From assembly GCF_009834535.1 (NCBI RefSeq), contig NC_045697.1:109928001-109992000 (forward strand): a stretch of DNA of 64,000 nucleotides, written 5' to 3'. Positions 12,291 to 24,815 of the stretch are shown here, piece by piece. Source of the DNA: Camelus ferus. Lineage: Eukaryota. Made by a program: the position numbers and the translations under genes. Each line of letters opens with the position of its first letter. The first letter of the stretch is position 1. Under the pieces are notes generated by a model that was not told where the DNA came from, searched no databases, and was given only the letters and a program-made list of their open reading frames with translations.

Positions 12291-12449
12291 GGGGGAGGGT
12301 ACAGCTCAGTGGTAGAGTGCGTGCTTAGCATGCACGAGGTCCTGGGTTCAGTCCCCAGCACCTCCATTAAAGAAAGAAAGAAACAAACAAACAATTACCT
12401 CCCCCCACCACAAAATAAAGAAATATGTTTTTTAAATTAATAAAAGTAA
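12291..12449 (+). mobile_element. tRNA-Ala-derived SINE (Vic-1-like), full length
   Basis: Near-complete tRNA-Ala(AGC)-like head, aattacctcccc motif and A tail. TSD aagaatgccat / aagaatgtcgt. Confidence 0.92.
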
Positions 12450-12766
12450 AAGAATGTCGTTTCTGTCATTTCCCTGTGCTCATATAGTCAGACTTAGCGT
12501 TGAGTACCTTTCCAATTGGAGCTCTTTGATAGCATCAGAATATCATATCTACTCAGAAAGCTCTTGATAAATCTTTATTGACTAAATGAAGATCTCTTTA
12601 GCTACTTGCAAGCTGGTTTATAACTTCTCTGTCACCTCTTCACACCGTCCTCATGAAGCAGGGAGGGCAAGAAAGATGATCTCCATGGCCACAGAGGCAG
12701 AGAACCAACCCCAGGACTCTTAGTAACTCATCCAGAATCCTTTCTCTTTTCATCGCCTTCCCTCCT

Positions 12767-12975
12767 CCTGGTTCTCATCCTCAGGGAATCTTGCCCCTCC
12801 CTTTGTGTAAGGAGGAAATTGTCTGGAGACACTTTTGGTTGTTACAATAGAAGGGGTGCCACTTGTACCCAGTGGGCAGAGGCCAGGAAGGCTGCTAAAC
12901 AGCCCACAGGATAACCCCCTGCAACAAAGAATCATCTGGCTCCAATGCCAATAGGGTTGTTGTTAAGAAACTGTG
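12767..12975 (+). mobile_element. MER20-like hAT-Charlie DNA transposon
   Basis: tgtctggagacacttttggttgttacaa, agtgggcagaggccaggaaggctgctaaac and caacaaagaatcatctggctc match recalled MER20. Confidence 0.85.
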
Positions 12976-13164
12976 CTTGACCTGTGTCTGAAGAACCTTC
13001 GATGGGTCCCAAAGCTGACGATACTGAAGGAGCTCAGCTCCTGTGCTCGGCTGGAGGGCTGGCTGGTTATAGATGCAAGAACCCAGGGGCAACTGAGGGT
13101 CGGCCTTTTTTTCCTGGAGGTCAAAAGTCACTTGAGATATTAATGTATGGAGAGTATTTAATTT

Positions 13165-13244
13165 CAGTTTTTAATTGTTTTTAAACTGAAGTATGGTCGA
13201 TTTACAATGTGTTAGTTTCTGGTGTACAGCATAGTGATTCAGTT

Positions 13245-13286
<42 letters not shown>

Positions 13287-13440
13287 TCCTTTTCATATTC
13301 TTTTTCATTATAGGCTATTACAAGGTACTGAATATAGTTCCCTGTGCTATGCAGTAGGGCCTTGTTTTTTAATCTATTTTATGTATAGTAGTTAGTATCT
13401 GAAAATTCTGAACTCTCAATTTGTCCCTCCACCCCCTCAC
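13165..13440 (-). mobile_element. L1 3' end containing a (CA)n microsatellite at ~13247-13282
   Basis: ttagtttctggtgtacagcatagtgattcag and gaatatagttccctgtgctat; same 3'UTR as 4343-4708. Confidence 0.85.
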
Positions 13441-15169
13441 CTTTAAAAAATTTTTTTAATTACAAAAGGATACACACTTTGTACATACATCTTATGTCAA
13501 TGACCATCTTTGGCCAAAGACCCCTGGGAACAGAGTTAGACTGTTGATCTGACTGCACAAAGAGGGCGGCTGGGAAGCATTGCAGGGGTGTGTTTCGGGG
13601 GCTTTCAATAGGATCAAGCTGTGCTAGGTGGTTCAGGATAGGGTTCAAGGACACGTGGGTTTGCTGTGGATGGATGCTGGCAGGAAGTGGAAGAAGGGAC
13701 ATTCTTTGATTGGATATCAATATTTTCTTTATGGATATATAGTTGGTTACACTGTTGTGTCAATTTCTGATGGACAGCATAGAAGTTCAGTTATACATAT
13801 ATTTGTTTTCATATTTTTAAAATAGTTTTTATCTAGGAAGTGGAAGACCAGAGCGGGCTAATGTTATAATTGGCAGCGAAGCTGCAGTCCCTTGTGTTTG
13901 GCTGTTTGTGGTTTGCACAGTGTTTTTGTTTTTGTCTGTGCTCAGACATGTTTAGAGAATGGGCTTGTGTTTGTCTTGCTTCACCATGGTCACAGAGGAA
14001 GGTGTGAAATTGTTTATGTTCCTCAGTAGAACACTATGGTCCAGCGATTAGAGCCGACCCAGCTCCCAGCAGACAGCCATCAGGGGCTACTTTTTCCCTT
14101 CTCACTTGGAACACATGATAAAACACAATGAAAGACAACAAACAATCAAATAAACCAGAAATACCTGGAATCATACCATTATGAGATAAGCCAATTAAAA
14201 ATTTTTTGCTGTAGATTCTCTGAGTATTTTCCCCAAGAAGGTGACTATCAAAATAATGGTAACATTTATCAAATAAAATTGTATAGCCTGTTTTTTCACT
14301 AAGCAAGATACCAAAACACTTTTCTCATGTCGACAAATATTTCCCCATAACATGATTTTTTATTGGCTGCAAAACGTTTTATGGGATGAATGGCCTATAA
14401 TTTACTGATTTCCATATTGTTAAACGTTTACATTATTTGAAAATTTTTACTATTATAAATAATGCTGGGACAGATATCCTTGCATAAAATCTGATGATTT
14501 CTTTGGCATCAATTCCTAAAAGTATGACTGCGGGGTCAAAGGACAGCTATCATTTTCAAGGACTGAGAACATTGATGTAATCATGATTCAGGGCAATCAC
14601 CTCTGTCTGCCAGTCAGGAGATAAATCATAAGAATTGGGTTAAAGTGATTACGTGAAGGTCTCCTTTGCCAAGGTTTGTCTTGTAATTCAGAGTCCAGAA
14701 AAGGACAAATGACAAGAATGACAAAGTTATGCAACTGGGAAAAAATCTCATTTGTAATTTGATAAGGGATTTTAGGAGAAAGCCGATTCTTACTATGTGA
14801 GAAGTATCTGGAATTTTTAGCTTCTTACAGAAAGATCAAATTTAGGACAAATCAGAATGGAAAACCCTTTGATATCGCTTCTTTCTCTACCCATGGAATG
14901 GTGAGTTAACCATTTTTCTCTCTGTATGACAGCTAGAGGAGAGGGTGTCTTTGATTCAAAGCAGAATGGAGTGGGGACTTGACTCCCCAGAAGAAGGGCA
15001 CACATTGAATGAGGCTGGATGAAGAGGGAGAAACTAAACAGGAAGGCGGTGTTTGAGTCAACCTTTCTTCTTCCCATAGGCTTTGCTTTCTTCTCTTGGC
15101 CAGTTGTATTGGACAGTATCCTCAGTACAAGACTGAACAGCAAATGGCCATTAAAGGCATCTTATTCCT

Positions 15170-16460
15170 GATTTAATGGTACTGGATTTACACTTTTACA
15201 ACTGAGAAATGCTGTCTGGTGCAAGTTTGTGACAGAAATCCTTTTCTAGGTTAAAGATGTTTCCATTTAGGCTCAGCTTACCTAGGATTTCCATCATGAA
15301 TGGGTAAGTGTTGAAATTTATCGAATTTTTTGCATCAGATAAAAATTTCCCTTTCATCTATTCATATCATGTAAAAAATTAGTAGGTTTTCTGATATTTA
15401 CCCCTCCTTACATCTTTGAAATAAACTCTCTTTGGCCATGATGAAAACTCTGCTAAATTCAGCTAATTTTTGCCTCTCTATTCGTAAATAAACTTGGACT
15501 ATAATTGTGTTGTTCCTTTTCATTTTGGGCCAACTAGACTTCTAGAAGGATCGGACAGCTTTTTAAACTTTCTATTCTCTGAAACAATCTTTATAAAATA
15601 TAGAATATCTGTTCCTGTAGATTTGTTAGAATTTACTTCTAAAACAATTTCCTTCTACTTTCCCACCACCCCCATCACTCCCACTAATGGAAGAATTGAC
15701 GACTTAGTCAATTTCTTTAATGGTTACTGATTTTTAAAGGTTTTATGTTTCTCCTTGAGACTATTTTAATAATCGATATTTTATAGGATATCATCTGCTT
15801 TAAAAAATGAATTAGAATGTGTGTTACATTTAGCATTTCCTTATGAGTTTTAAAACTTTCTACTGTTTCCATAATTATGTTCCCCTTGTTTCCTAATGAT
15901 GTTTACTTGTGCATATTCACATTTTTCTTATTGGTCTTGCTAGTGACTTGTGGATTTTATGAGATTTTCCCAAAGAACAGCTTTTGACATTCTTAATTCT
16001 GTTTCTTTTTTTCTTGTTTATCAATATCCATCCTCATGTTTATTTTTCCTTTCTTCTACAATCTATAGGTCTATTTTTATTTTTTTCTAGGTGCTTAGGT
16101 TTCATGCATTTACTTTCAATTTTTCTTATCTTAGTATTTAATACAAGTAGCACTTTAGCTGCTTCCTATGAAATTTTCTGTGAACTAATTTCATTAACAT
16201 CTTGTTCTAAATAATGTACATTGTGATTCCTCCTTATATCATGAAATAACTTCAGATTTGGATTTTAAATTTTCTAACGTATGAAGTTTTTAATCACATT
16301 TGTAATTTACTTCATTTATGGTGAGAGGATAGGCTGTATGATTCTGGATCTTGGAAATTTGTTATCTTTTGTGACCTACACTGTGGGTGATTCTACAAAT
16401 GCACGTGAACTCAAGCTTGCTCATCTTCTTGTTCAGACTGTAAGTCCTTGCTAATTTTTC
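15170..16460 (-). mobile_element. Ancient degraded L1 ORF2 fragment (L1ME-like)
   Basis: T-rich sequence with antisense L1 motifs (atcatgaatggg...gttgaaattttatc, ttttcccaaagaacagcttttg). Confidence 0.6.
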
Positions 16461-16469
16461 CTCTGGTCA

Positions 16470-16940
16470 GTGTCAAGGAGGAAAGAATATTCAGCCAAGA
16501 TGTGGAGGATGCATTCTTCAGGCAAAGGGAATCATCAGGTAGACGCATCAGTGTGTGTGAATCCCCCTGGGCGGGAAGAAGTGGATATGTTTGAAAACCT
16601 GAAAGAAGCCCAGTGTGTCTGCAGGATAGAGCATGAAGACAAGGGGCTTGGCGGAGGTCTCCAGGCCTGGAGACCCTGCTCTCATTTGTTTGTTTGTTAG
16701 CTGCGTGTGTATGTGTGTGTTTTGGGATAATGGGAAGCCACTGAAGAGTTTTGACCAGGTGAATGTCATACTTATATTTGTGATCCGGCTATGGTGGGTG
16801 AAATGAAAAGGAGATCTGGGAGGGGAAGCCAGGAGACCAGTTGGGAGGCAATGACAGTAGCCAGGGAAGAGATGATGGTGGCTGAGACCAGAGCCAGTGC
16901 ATTGAATGGAGAGACTTGAAAGAGATGAGATATTAAAAAA
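16470..16940 (-). mobile_element. L2 fragment
   Basis: Purine-rich antisense L2 motifs tgggaagccactgaagagtttt and ggagaccagttgggaggc...gagatgatggtggc. Confidence 0.7.
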
Positions 16941-17123
16941 GCCAAGTCACGTGGACTTGTTCAGTGGCAGCAGGAATTGAGTGAAGTAATCCAGGTGACA
17001 TGCCTCTGCCAGGCATCCATTTCCACCCATGCTGAGCCCCTCCATGCTTGTGGGCTGCCCAGCACTCCATCCTCCATGGAGTGAATGTAGAACTTGAATT
17101 TCTACATGAATGTAGAAACTTAC

Positions 17124-17359
17124 ATTCTTTGCTTCATGCACAAAGGAGAAAAATGAGAGAGAAATAATTAGTAGGAAGATGGTGGATCTCTTGAGCCAAA
17201 TGGAAGTTTTTATGGCTTCAAGTTTTTTATAAATTATGGTCAAGTCCAGCCACACATGACTAGAGTTTCTGCTCCTTTCCCTCCATTCTGCCAAATCATA
17301 AATTTTAGGACTGAGCTCATAAAAAAGATCACTGAAAGTTGTCTCATACATATGCTTTC
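17124..17359 (-). other. Candidate spliced exon (236 nt), gene unidentified
   Basis: Acceptor tgtcctttgtcatccacaAG and donor aat|GTAAGT. Open frame KHMYETTFSDLFYELSPKIYDLAEW...STIFLLIISLSFFSFVHEAKN. Confidence 0.25.
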
Positions 17360-19374
17360 CTTGTGGATGACAAAGGACATACATTTAATATACCTTTATT
17401 TATTGGTTTAATATTCTGGGCTTAAAAGAAGTGTCATTACTTTAATGCCCATTCAATGTCAAGGACGCCATGTTTATTTAAGGGTACTTTATGGTCACCT
17501 GCCATCCACCTGATCCAAAGGCTCCAAATGGGGAAAGTTAGAGGTCTCTTGGAGCAGTGACTTCGTGCCACACTGCTTCATCTATAGAATGTTCTGAAGG
17601 GCTTTTTCCCTCCTTCTCTAGACAACCCTTTTTCTTGGGTTGAAAGGATGGGAACAGATTCAATTCAGTAGTCAGAGAGGACCGCTTGCATTCATATCTT
17701 TCTTCCCTCGTCAGGTTTGGCCCAGCAGGAATCATCCAACAGTGTTGCGCTGTGCAGCTCAGAGCCCAGGACAGTGGTGAAGAGTGGCGGCCACTCCTTT
17801 ACAGAAGTGGTGTCATCCTGGCAGGCTCTACAGAAGCACTGTTGGGGTTCTTCTATGAAGTAGTTCCACACTTTGAAGAATATCAAGGCCAATACCTTTT
17901 CTAGAATAAGAGAATCTGGAGACTACATTGGATTGTTTTCTTCAAATGCTAGAGTGAATATATAACTATATTCATCAGGAAACTTCTGACTTTGCTCCAG
18001 ATACTCCTGTGGTCTGTCTTCTAGGGAGAGCCCTGGTGGAACGGTCAATGTTCTGCTGGCAATTGGACCTTCTTTGTGGGATGATTTTGTAGTTGGTACT
18101 GATTCCAGTCTAAGAGGATGACTTCCAGATGTCTTCCTCTATGCTCCCATCAAACATCAAGATGAGAGAAACTGTAGATAGGGAAGTTATCTGAACCAGA
18201 AACTCTCAAGTGTAGGGACATGCCTCTCCTTTGAAGAGCGGTCTTTCAGGATATATGTTAGTGCCTTCCCATTGCCTTTTTCCCAAGAATTTGAAAATTA
18301 TCGTGTGTTGTAGGAGGTATTATTGATGGAATTATAAATGCTTAGGAAAGAGAGGGAAAAGTGAGACCGCTCAAATGAAGAGTTAAGCTGTCTGTTTACT
18401 TTTCTAAGGATCCATTTATTTCTCTAAGATCTAACCTTGGCTGAAATTAAGCTATTGAAAGCAGAATACTTTATCCACTCCAAGTTTTGTTTTAATAGTA
18501 TTCTTTTAGCTTTTAGCAAAATTTGCTACAAGAAACAAACAGATGGCATTCACTTTTTAATTTATTATACAAAAAAAGACATGAGGATTGTTTATTACAT
18601 TGCTTAATGCTTTCTGGACAAAGCTCAATGTGAGAAATTTCTTCTAGCATCTAGAAGATACTTTTTTCTTTTAAAAAACTGATTTGACTCCTTCTTTCTA
18701 AAATGAGAGTAATGTAAATTGTAGTGTCCTTTTTGCTTTGGTTACAAGGACGTTTATAGGCAACTTTTTAGCTCACACTTTTGAAGCAGTATGTCTGCAA
18801 TCTTGCTTTTTATTTGTTTATGAATTTGTGTTTTCATTTTATTAACCTTTTGTTAATTAGCTTTTTTTGCAAGGCAACTCAAAATTTCTTTGTAAAGAGA
18901 AAAATTATGAATATTGCATACATGAATAAATGGCATGTTCTGCAGTTCCCATATCCAAGCTCTGCAGAAGTCCTTTAGAATGGAAGCAGTTGGGGACTTA
19001 CTCATCTCCCATTCTAGGTGAAATGCTCTACCTGAAATTGCACCTTATCCATAATCCCACAAAATCTACACTTCAAGCACCAAAATCTTCCAGATTTTCC
19101 CTTGAACAGAAATAGCTTCAAGAGGCTGAGAAGGACTCCAGAAAGCTAAATGAGCAGCTCCTAATTTTAGACACAAATTACTGGAGATGGACTTGCCCAA
19201 CACACCTATAAGTGTGAAGTTTCAAAAACATTGGTGGTGGCCAGTTCCAGCCACTCTTAAAGTCATATTTTACCTAAATTTTTACACTCCATTTTTATAG
19301 AATTTCTTTTTGTCCAGGCTACATCTAGTTGGCATTCTGACTCTGTTTGATAACTCTTGGAGCCTTTTCCTCCC

Positions 19375-22300
19375 AGGTTTTATTGCAATATAGTTGACAT
19401 ATAACACTGTGTAAGTTTAAGGTATATAACATGATGATTTGCTATATTTATATACTGTGAAATGATTACCACAATAAGGTTAGTTAACACATCCATCACC
19501 TCACATACTTACCATTTGTGTGTGTATGTGGTGAGAACTCTTAAGATCTACTCTCTTAGGAACTTTCAAGTGTAAAATACATGATTGGTAATTATAATCA
19601 TCATGTTGTACATTACATTCTCAGAACTTATTCATCGTATAACTGGAAGTTTGTATCCTTTGTCCACCTTCATCCGTTTTTGTTGCTGTGAGTGGCTTAA
19701 GATAGGAGCCCAGTTTTATTTTTCTGCATGTGAATATCCAACTTTCCTCTACTGGGTATTCTTGGCTCCCTTGTCAAATATTAGTTGACTACATATGCAT
19801 AGGTTTATTTTCAGGTTCCTTATTGTATTCCATTGATCTATTTGTCTGTTTTTATGCTAGTACTGTACTGTTTTGATTACTATAGAATGAGATAAAGCTT
19901 GAAATCAGGAAGTGTGATGCCTCCAGCTTTGTTCTTCTTTCTCAAGACTGCTTTGGCTATTTCTTTATGGTTCTATATGAATTTTAGAATTGTTTTTTTT
20001 TTCTATTTCTATATAAAAACAGTCATTGGAATCTTAATAAAGATTGCACTGAATCTATAGATGGCTTTGGGTAGTATGGGCATTTTAACAATATTTATTC
20101 TTCCAATCCATGAACACAGGATAGCCTTCCATTTATTTGTGTCTTCAATTTATTTAATCAGTTTCTTATAATTTTCCGTGTACAGATGTTTCACCTCCTT
20201 GGTTAAATTTATTACTAAGTATTTTATTGTTTTTGATGCTGTTGTGAATGGGATTGTTTCTTTCTTTTTTTGGATAGTTCATTGCTAGTGTTTTGGGATG
20301 GATCTGATTTTTGTATGTAGATTTTGTATCTTGCAATATTACTGAAGTCATCTATTAGTTCTGACAGTTCTTTGGTAGAATCTTTAGGGCTTTCTATATA
20401 TAGGATCATATTATCTGCAAGCAGGCACTGTTTTACTTCTTCTTTTTTGATTTAAATGCGTTTTAATTCATTTTCTTGTCTGAGTGCTCTGGCTAGAATT
20501 TCCAGTACTATGTTGAATGGATGTGGTAAGAGTGGGTGTTCTTGATTTGTTACTGATTTTAGAGGAAAAGCTTTCAATCTTTTACCTTTTCAACCTTTTG
20601 TGTTAGCTGTGGGCTTGCCATATATGGCCTTTATTATGTTGAGGTACATTCTTTCTAAATCTAACTTGAGAGTTTTTATCATGAAAACATGTTGAATTTT
20701 GTCAAATGTTTTTTCTGCATCTGTTGAGATGATCACATGATTTTTACCTTTTATTGTATTAATGTAATATAACATATTTATTGATATGTGTATGTTGAAC
20801 CATTCTTGCATCACAGGGATGAATCCTACTTGATTATGGTGCATGATCATTTAAATGTGTGGTTGAATTCAGTTTTCTAGTATTTTGTTGAAAATTTTTG
20901 CATGTATATTCGTTAGGGATATTGGCCTGTAGTTTTCTTTTCTCATAGTATACCTTATCTGTAAAAAAAAAATAATAATAATAATAAAGAAAAGAAAAAA
21001 AGAAAAATTAAAAAAATAAAAAAATAGCCTTATGTGGCTTGGGTATCAGTGTAATGCTGACCTTGTAAAATGAGTTTGGAAGTGTTTCCTCTACTTCAGT
21101 TGTTTCAAAGTGTTGAGAAGAATTGATGTTGATTCTTCTCCTAAATATTTGGTGGAATTCACCAGTAAAACGATCTGGTCCTGGGCTTTTCTGTGTTTGG
21201 AGGTTTTTGATTACTAATCAGTATTCTTATTCATTATTAGTCTGTTCAGATTTTCTCTTCTTCATGATTCAGTCTTGGTACATTTTTGTTCCTAGGAATT
21301 TATCCACTTCCTCTAGGTTGTCCAATTTGTTGATGTATAACTGTTCATAGTAATCTCTTATGATCCATTGTATTTTTGTGCTATCAGTTGTAACGTCTCC
21401 TCTTTTATTTATATTTTTTAAAAATTTGAATCCTTTCTTTTCTTTTTTCTTGGTTTGTGTAGCTACAGGTTTGTCAATTTTATTTCTTTTCAAAGAATCA
21501 ACTCTTAGTTTCTCTTAGTTTTGTTTATCTATTTATTGTTTTCTTATCCTCTGTTTCATTAATTTCTGCTCTAATTTTTATTAATTCCTTCCTCCTACTA
21601 AATTTGGGCTTAGTTTGTTCTTCCAGTTCTTTGAGACTTAATGTTAGGTTGTTTATTTAAGATCTTTTTTTTCTTAGTGTATGCATTTATAGCTACATAT
21701 TTTTCTCTTAGAACTGCTGTTTCCTGCATCTCATAAATTTTGGTATGTTGTTTCCATTTTTTTTTTAATTTCAAGTTTTATTTTTCTTTTTGATTTCTTC
21801 TTTAGCAACTGGTTGTTAAAGAGTGTGTTGTTTAATTTCCATTTGTGTGTGTATGTGTGAATATTCCAGGTTTCCTCCTGTTACAAATTTATGTTTTCCT
21901 ACCGTTTGTGGTCAGAAAAGATATTTGACATAATTTCTATCTTCTTGGATATTCTGTGACTTCTTTTGTAGCCTAATATATGATCTGTCTTAGAAAATGT
22001 TCTGTGTGTGCTTTTGCTTCTGTTAGATAGAATATTCTGTATATGTCTGTTAGGTTCATTTGGTCAGTGTCCTAATTGGTGTTTCCTATCATCTGGGTGA
22101 TTAATCCATTGTTGAGAGTGGAATATTTAAGTCCTCATCTACTATTGTACTGCTGTTTATCATTTTAGTTCTGTTAGTATTTGCTTTATACACTTAGGCA
22201 CTCCAATGTTGTGTGTGTAAATATTTACAATTCTTACATCTTCTTGATGAGTTAACTCATTTGTCATTATATGATGACCTTCTTTGTCTTTTGTAACCAT

Positions 22301-24815
22301 TTTTAGCTTAAAGTCTATTTTGTTTGATATAAATATAGCCATTCTTGCTTCTTTTGGTTAACATTTGCTTGTTTATTTTTTCCGTTCCTTTACTCTCAGC
22401 CTGTGTATGTCCTTAAAGCTAAAGTGAATCTCTTGTAGGTAGCATATTGTTAGATCTTTTTACTTTAATTAATTTGGCCATTCTGTGTCTTTTGATTGGG
22501 GAATTTAATTGATTTACATTTAAAGTAATTATTGAGTGGTAAGAGCTTACTATAGCTATCTTATTGTTTTCTGGCTGTTTTATAGTTTCTTTGTTCCTTT
22601 CTTCCTCTTTTGCTGGTTTTTTTTTTTTTTTTTTTTTTGGTGGGTTGATAATTTTCTATTGTGGTATGCTTTGATTTCCTTCTTTTATCTTTTATGTATT
22701 TACTGTAGTTTTTTTTTCTTTGTCATTACCATGAGGTTTACATAAAACATCTTATAGATAACAGTCTATTTTATGCTGATAACAACTTAACTTTGATCAC
22801 ATATAAAACCTCTACTTTTTTATTTACCTCCCCCCTGTAATTTATGTTTTTGATATCATAATTTACCTCCTTTAATATTGTATCTCCATTAACAAATTAT
22901 TGTAGCTATCATTATTCTTAATTGTTTTGTCCTTTAAACCTTTATACTAGAGTTAAGTGATTAACATAGCACCATATTACAATATAAGAGTATTCTGAAT
23001 TTGATTATATTCTCACCGTTATCAGCATGTTTTATATTTTCATATTTTCTTGTTATTATTTAGTATCTATTCATTTCAGCTGGAAGATATAGAAGTCCAT
23101 TCCTTTCAGCATTACCTTTTTAAGAGGATTATTCTTAATTCTTTGTTAGACAGTTCATAGATCTTTTTAGGGTCAGTTATTGGAGCTTTGTTAGTTTCTT
23201 TTGGTTGGTTTCTTTGTTGGTTTCTTTTCCTTCATGTTGAAATCTGCACATTTGCATAAGTGGTCTTTCCCCCTAGACTTTACAGGTTTGCATTGACAGG
23301 GAAAGACATTCACCAGTCAGCTCAGCTCAGTTGGGATACTGGCTGGGTCAGCTGGTAGCTCCTGCAACTAAGCAAGACTTGCTGTTGGAATGTCTAGTTG
23401 GGTAAGAGCATTGTCCATGCTCTGAGGCTGGAGGAAGGTGCTTCTGTCTGGTCCCCCAAAATTGGGTGGGCGTGCTGGCTGTTCTTTGTGGCCAGGTGAG
23501 ACCATTAGCTGAGTCCTGTAAGCACCTCTGGTCAGGCAAGTTTGCAGTCTTGGTTCCTTGGCAGGGCAGTGCTGCTGGCTGACCTCTGTGGCTGGAAAGG
23601 GCTACAGGGTGAGCTTCCCAGTGACTCCTGGTCAACTGGGGCCTCAGGCTGTGCCTCCCAATTGGGCAGGGCTGCAGGCTTGGCTTTGTTGTTAGGTGGG
23701 TCACTTAGTGTGCTTTGCAGTTGGGTTAGGTTAACTGGTTAGGGTTTCTGATCAGGCAAGTCTTCCATCTGTATCCTGCAGTTGGAGGGGGTTGGAGACT
23801 ATGCTCTGCAGTTGGGCATGGTCTTTGAGTTCTGGTGGGATGGGGCTGCAGGCTATGCATCAAGATTGGGTGTGGTTGCTGGCTGGGCTCTTCTCCTAAG
23901 AGAAGCCAAAAGCTATGTTCTGCAAGCCACCAAGCCCTTAATCTGAGCTCTGTTCCTGAGTAGGGTTGTAAGCTATGCTCCATGGCTGGGCAGTATGGTA
24001 GGCTAGTCTCAGAGGCTGCCCAAGGTCACTGTTTAAGCTCTCTGGTTACATGGGCAAGGCTGCTGGTGTGGCTCACGATCTGATGTGGGCTGTCAGATGA
24101 GCTCCACAGCCATCCAGGTTCTCTGGCCAACTTCTTTATCAGGTATGACTGGAGGTTATGCTCTGCAGTTGGGTGCAGCTTCAAACTTGCTTTTCTGCCC
24201 AGGTGGAACCATAGAACTGCCTCTATGCTGATATTGCCGATTGAATTGGGACCCAATTCAGGCAAAACTGCCAGCTAAGCTCTTTGGACAGACAGGGCCA
24301 CTGACTTGGCTCTACAGATGGGCAGAGCCACTAACAGAGATGTTTGGTGGGGCACAACTGAAAGCAGTAACATGGTCTCCAGGATCTGAGTGCTGGCTGC
24401 TGTAAGCCTTGCTCTTCTTCTTGGTCTTTATCTACTCCCCACTGGTCAAGTCCTGTAGAGTCCCCCAGTGATGATTCCTGGGAGACTAGACCCTAGCAGA
24501 CCTTCTAGGAAGTGTCCCATTATGCTGGGGGAGCTGGATGTCCACCTCGGGTTTTCCTTTCCCACTTGAGAAATCATAGGCCCAAGGGGGCCCCTCAGTG
24601 TGACACTGTGCCAGCCTGGAGGAGGGGCAAAAGTGAAACTGCCCCTCTTCCCTTTCTGATCTGGCCCTTCTTTGTCTCTGGGGTCCAGGGGTATGTCAAC
24701 CTCATCTCCAGGTTCTGGGATTGTCACAATTGTATATTGTCTATGGGTAGTTGTTAGTTGGTCCTCTTGTGAAGGGGCCTGAAGTAGAGAACAACCTCTG
24801 TCATCATCTGGATTA
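19375..24815 (-). mobile_element. Decayed L1 retaining both 5'UTR and 3'UTR, with large internal deletions
   Basis: ORF2 remnants: endonuclease (22160-22342 AIFISNKIDFK...NIYTHNIGVPK), 21269-21493 ([20 protein letters not shown]) and RT (20590-20850 [17 protein letters not shown]; 20224-20409 MILYIESPKDST). 3'UTR at ~19375-19680; GC-richer repetitive 5' region at ~23300-24815. Confidence 0.92.

Noticed and set aside
12291..12366. tRNA-Ala gene
   Set aside because: It has a SINE tail motif, A-rich tail, TSD, mutated B box and many dispersed copies, so it is a SINE.
20166..22342. Functional RT/endonuclease genes
   Set aside because: These are short frameshifted remnants of L1 ORF2.
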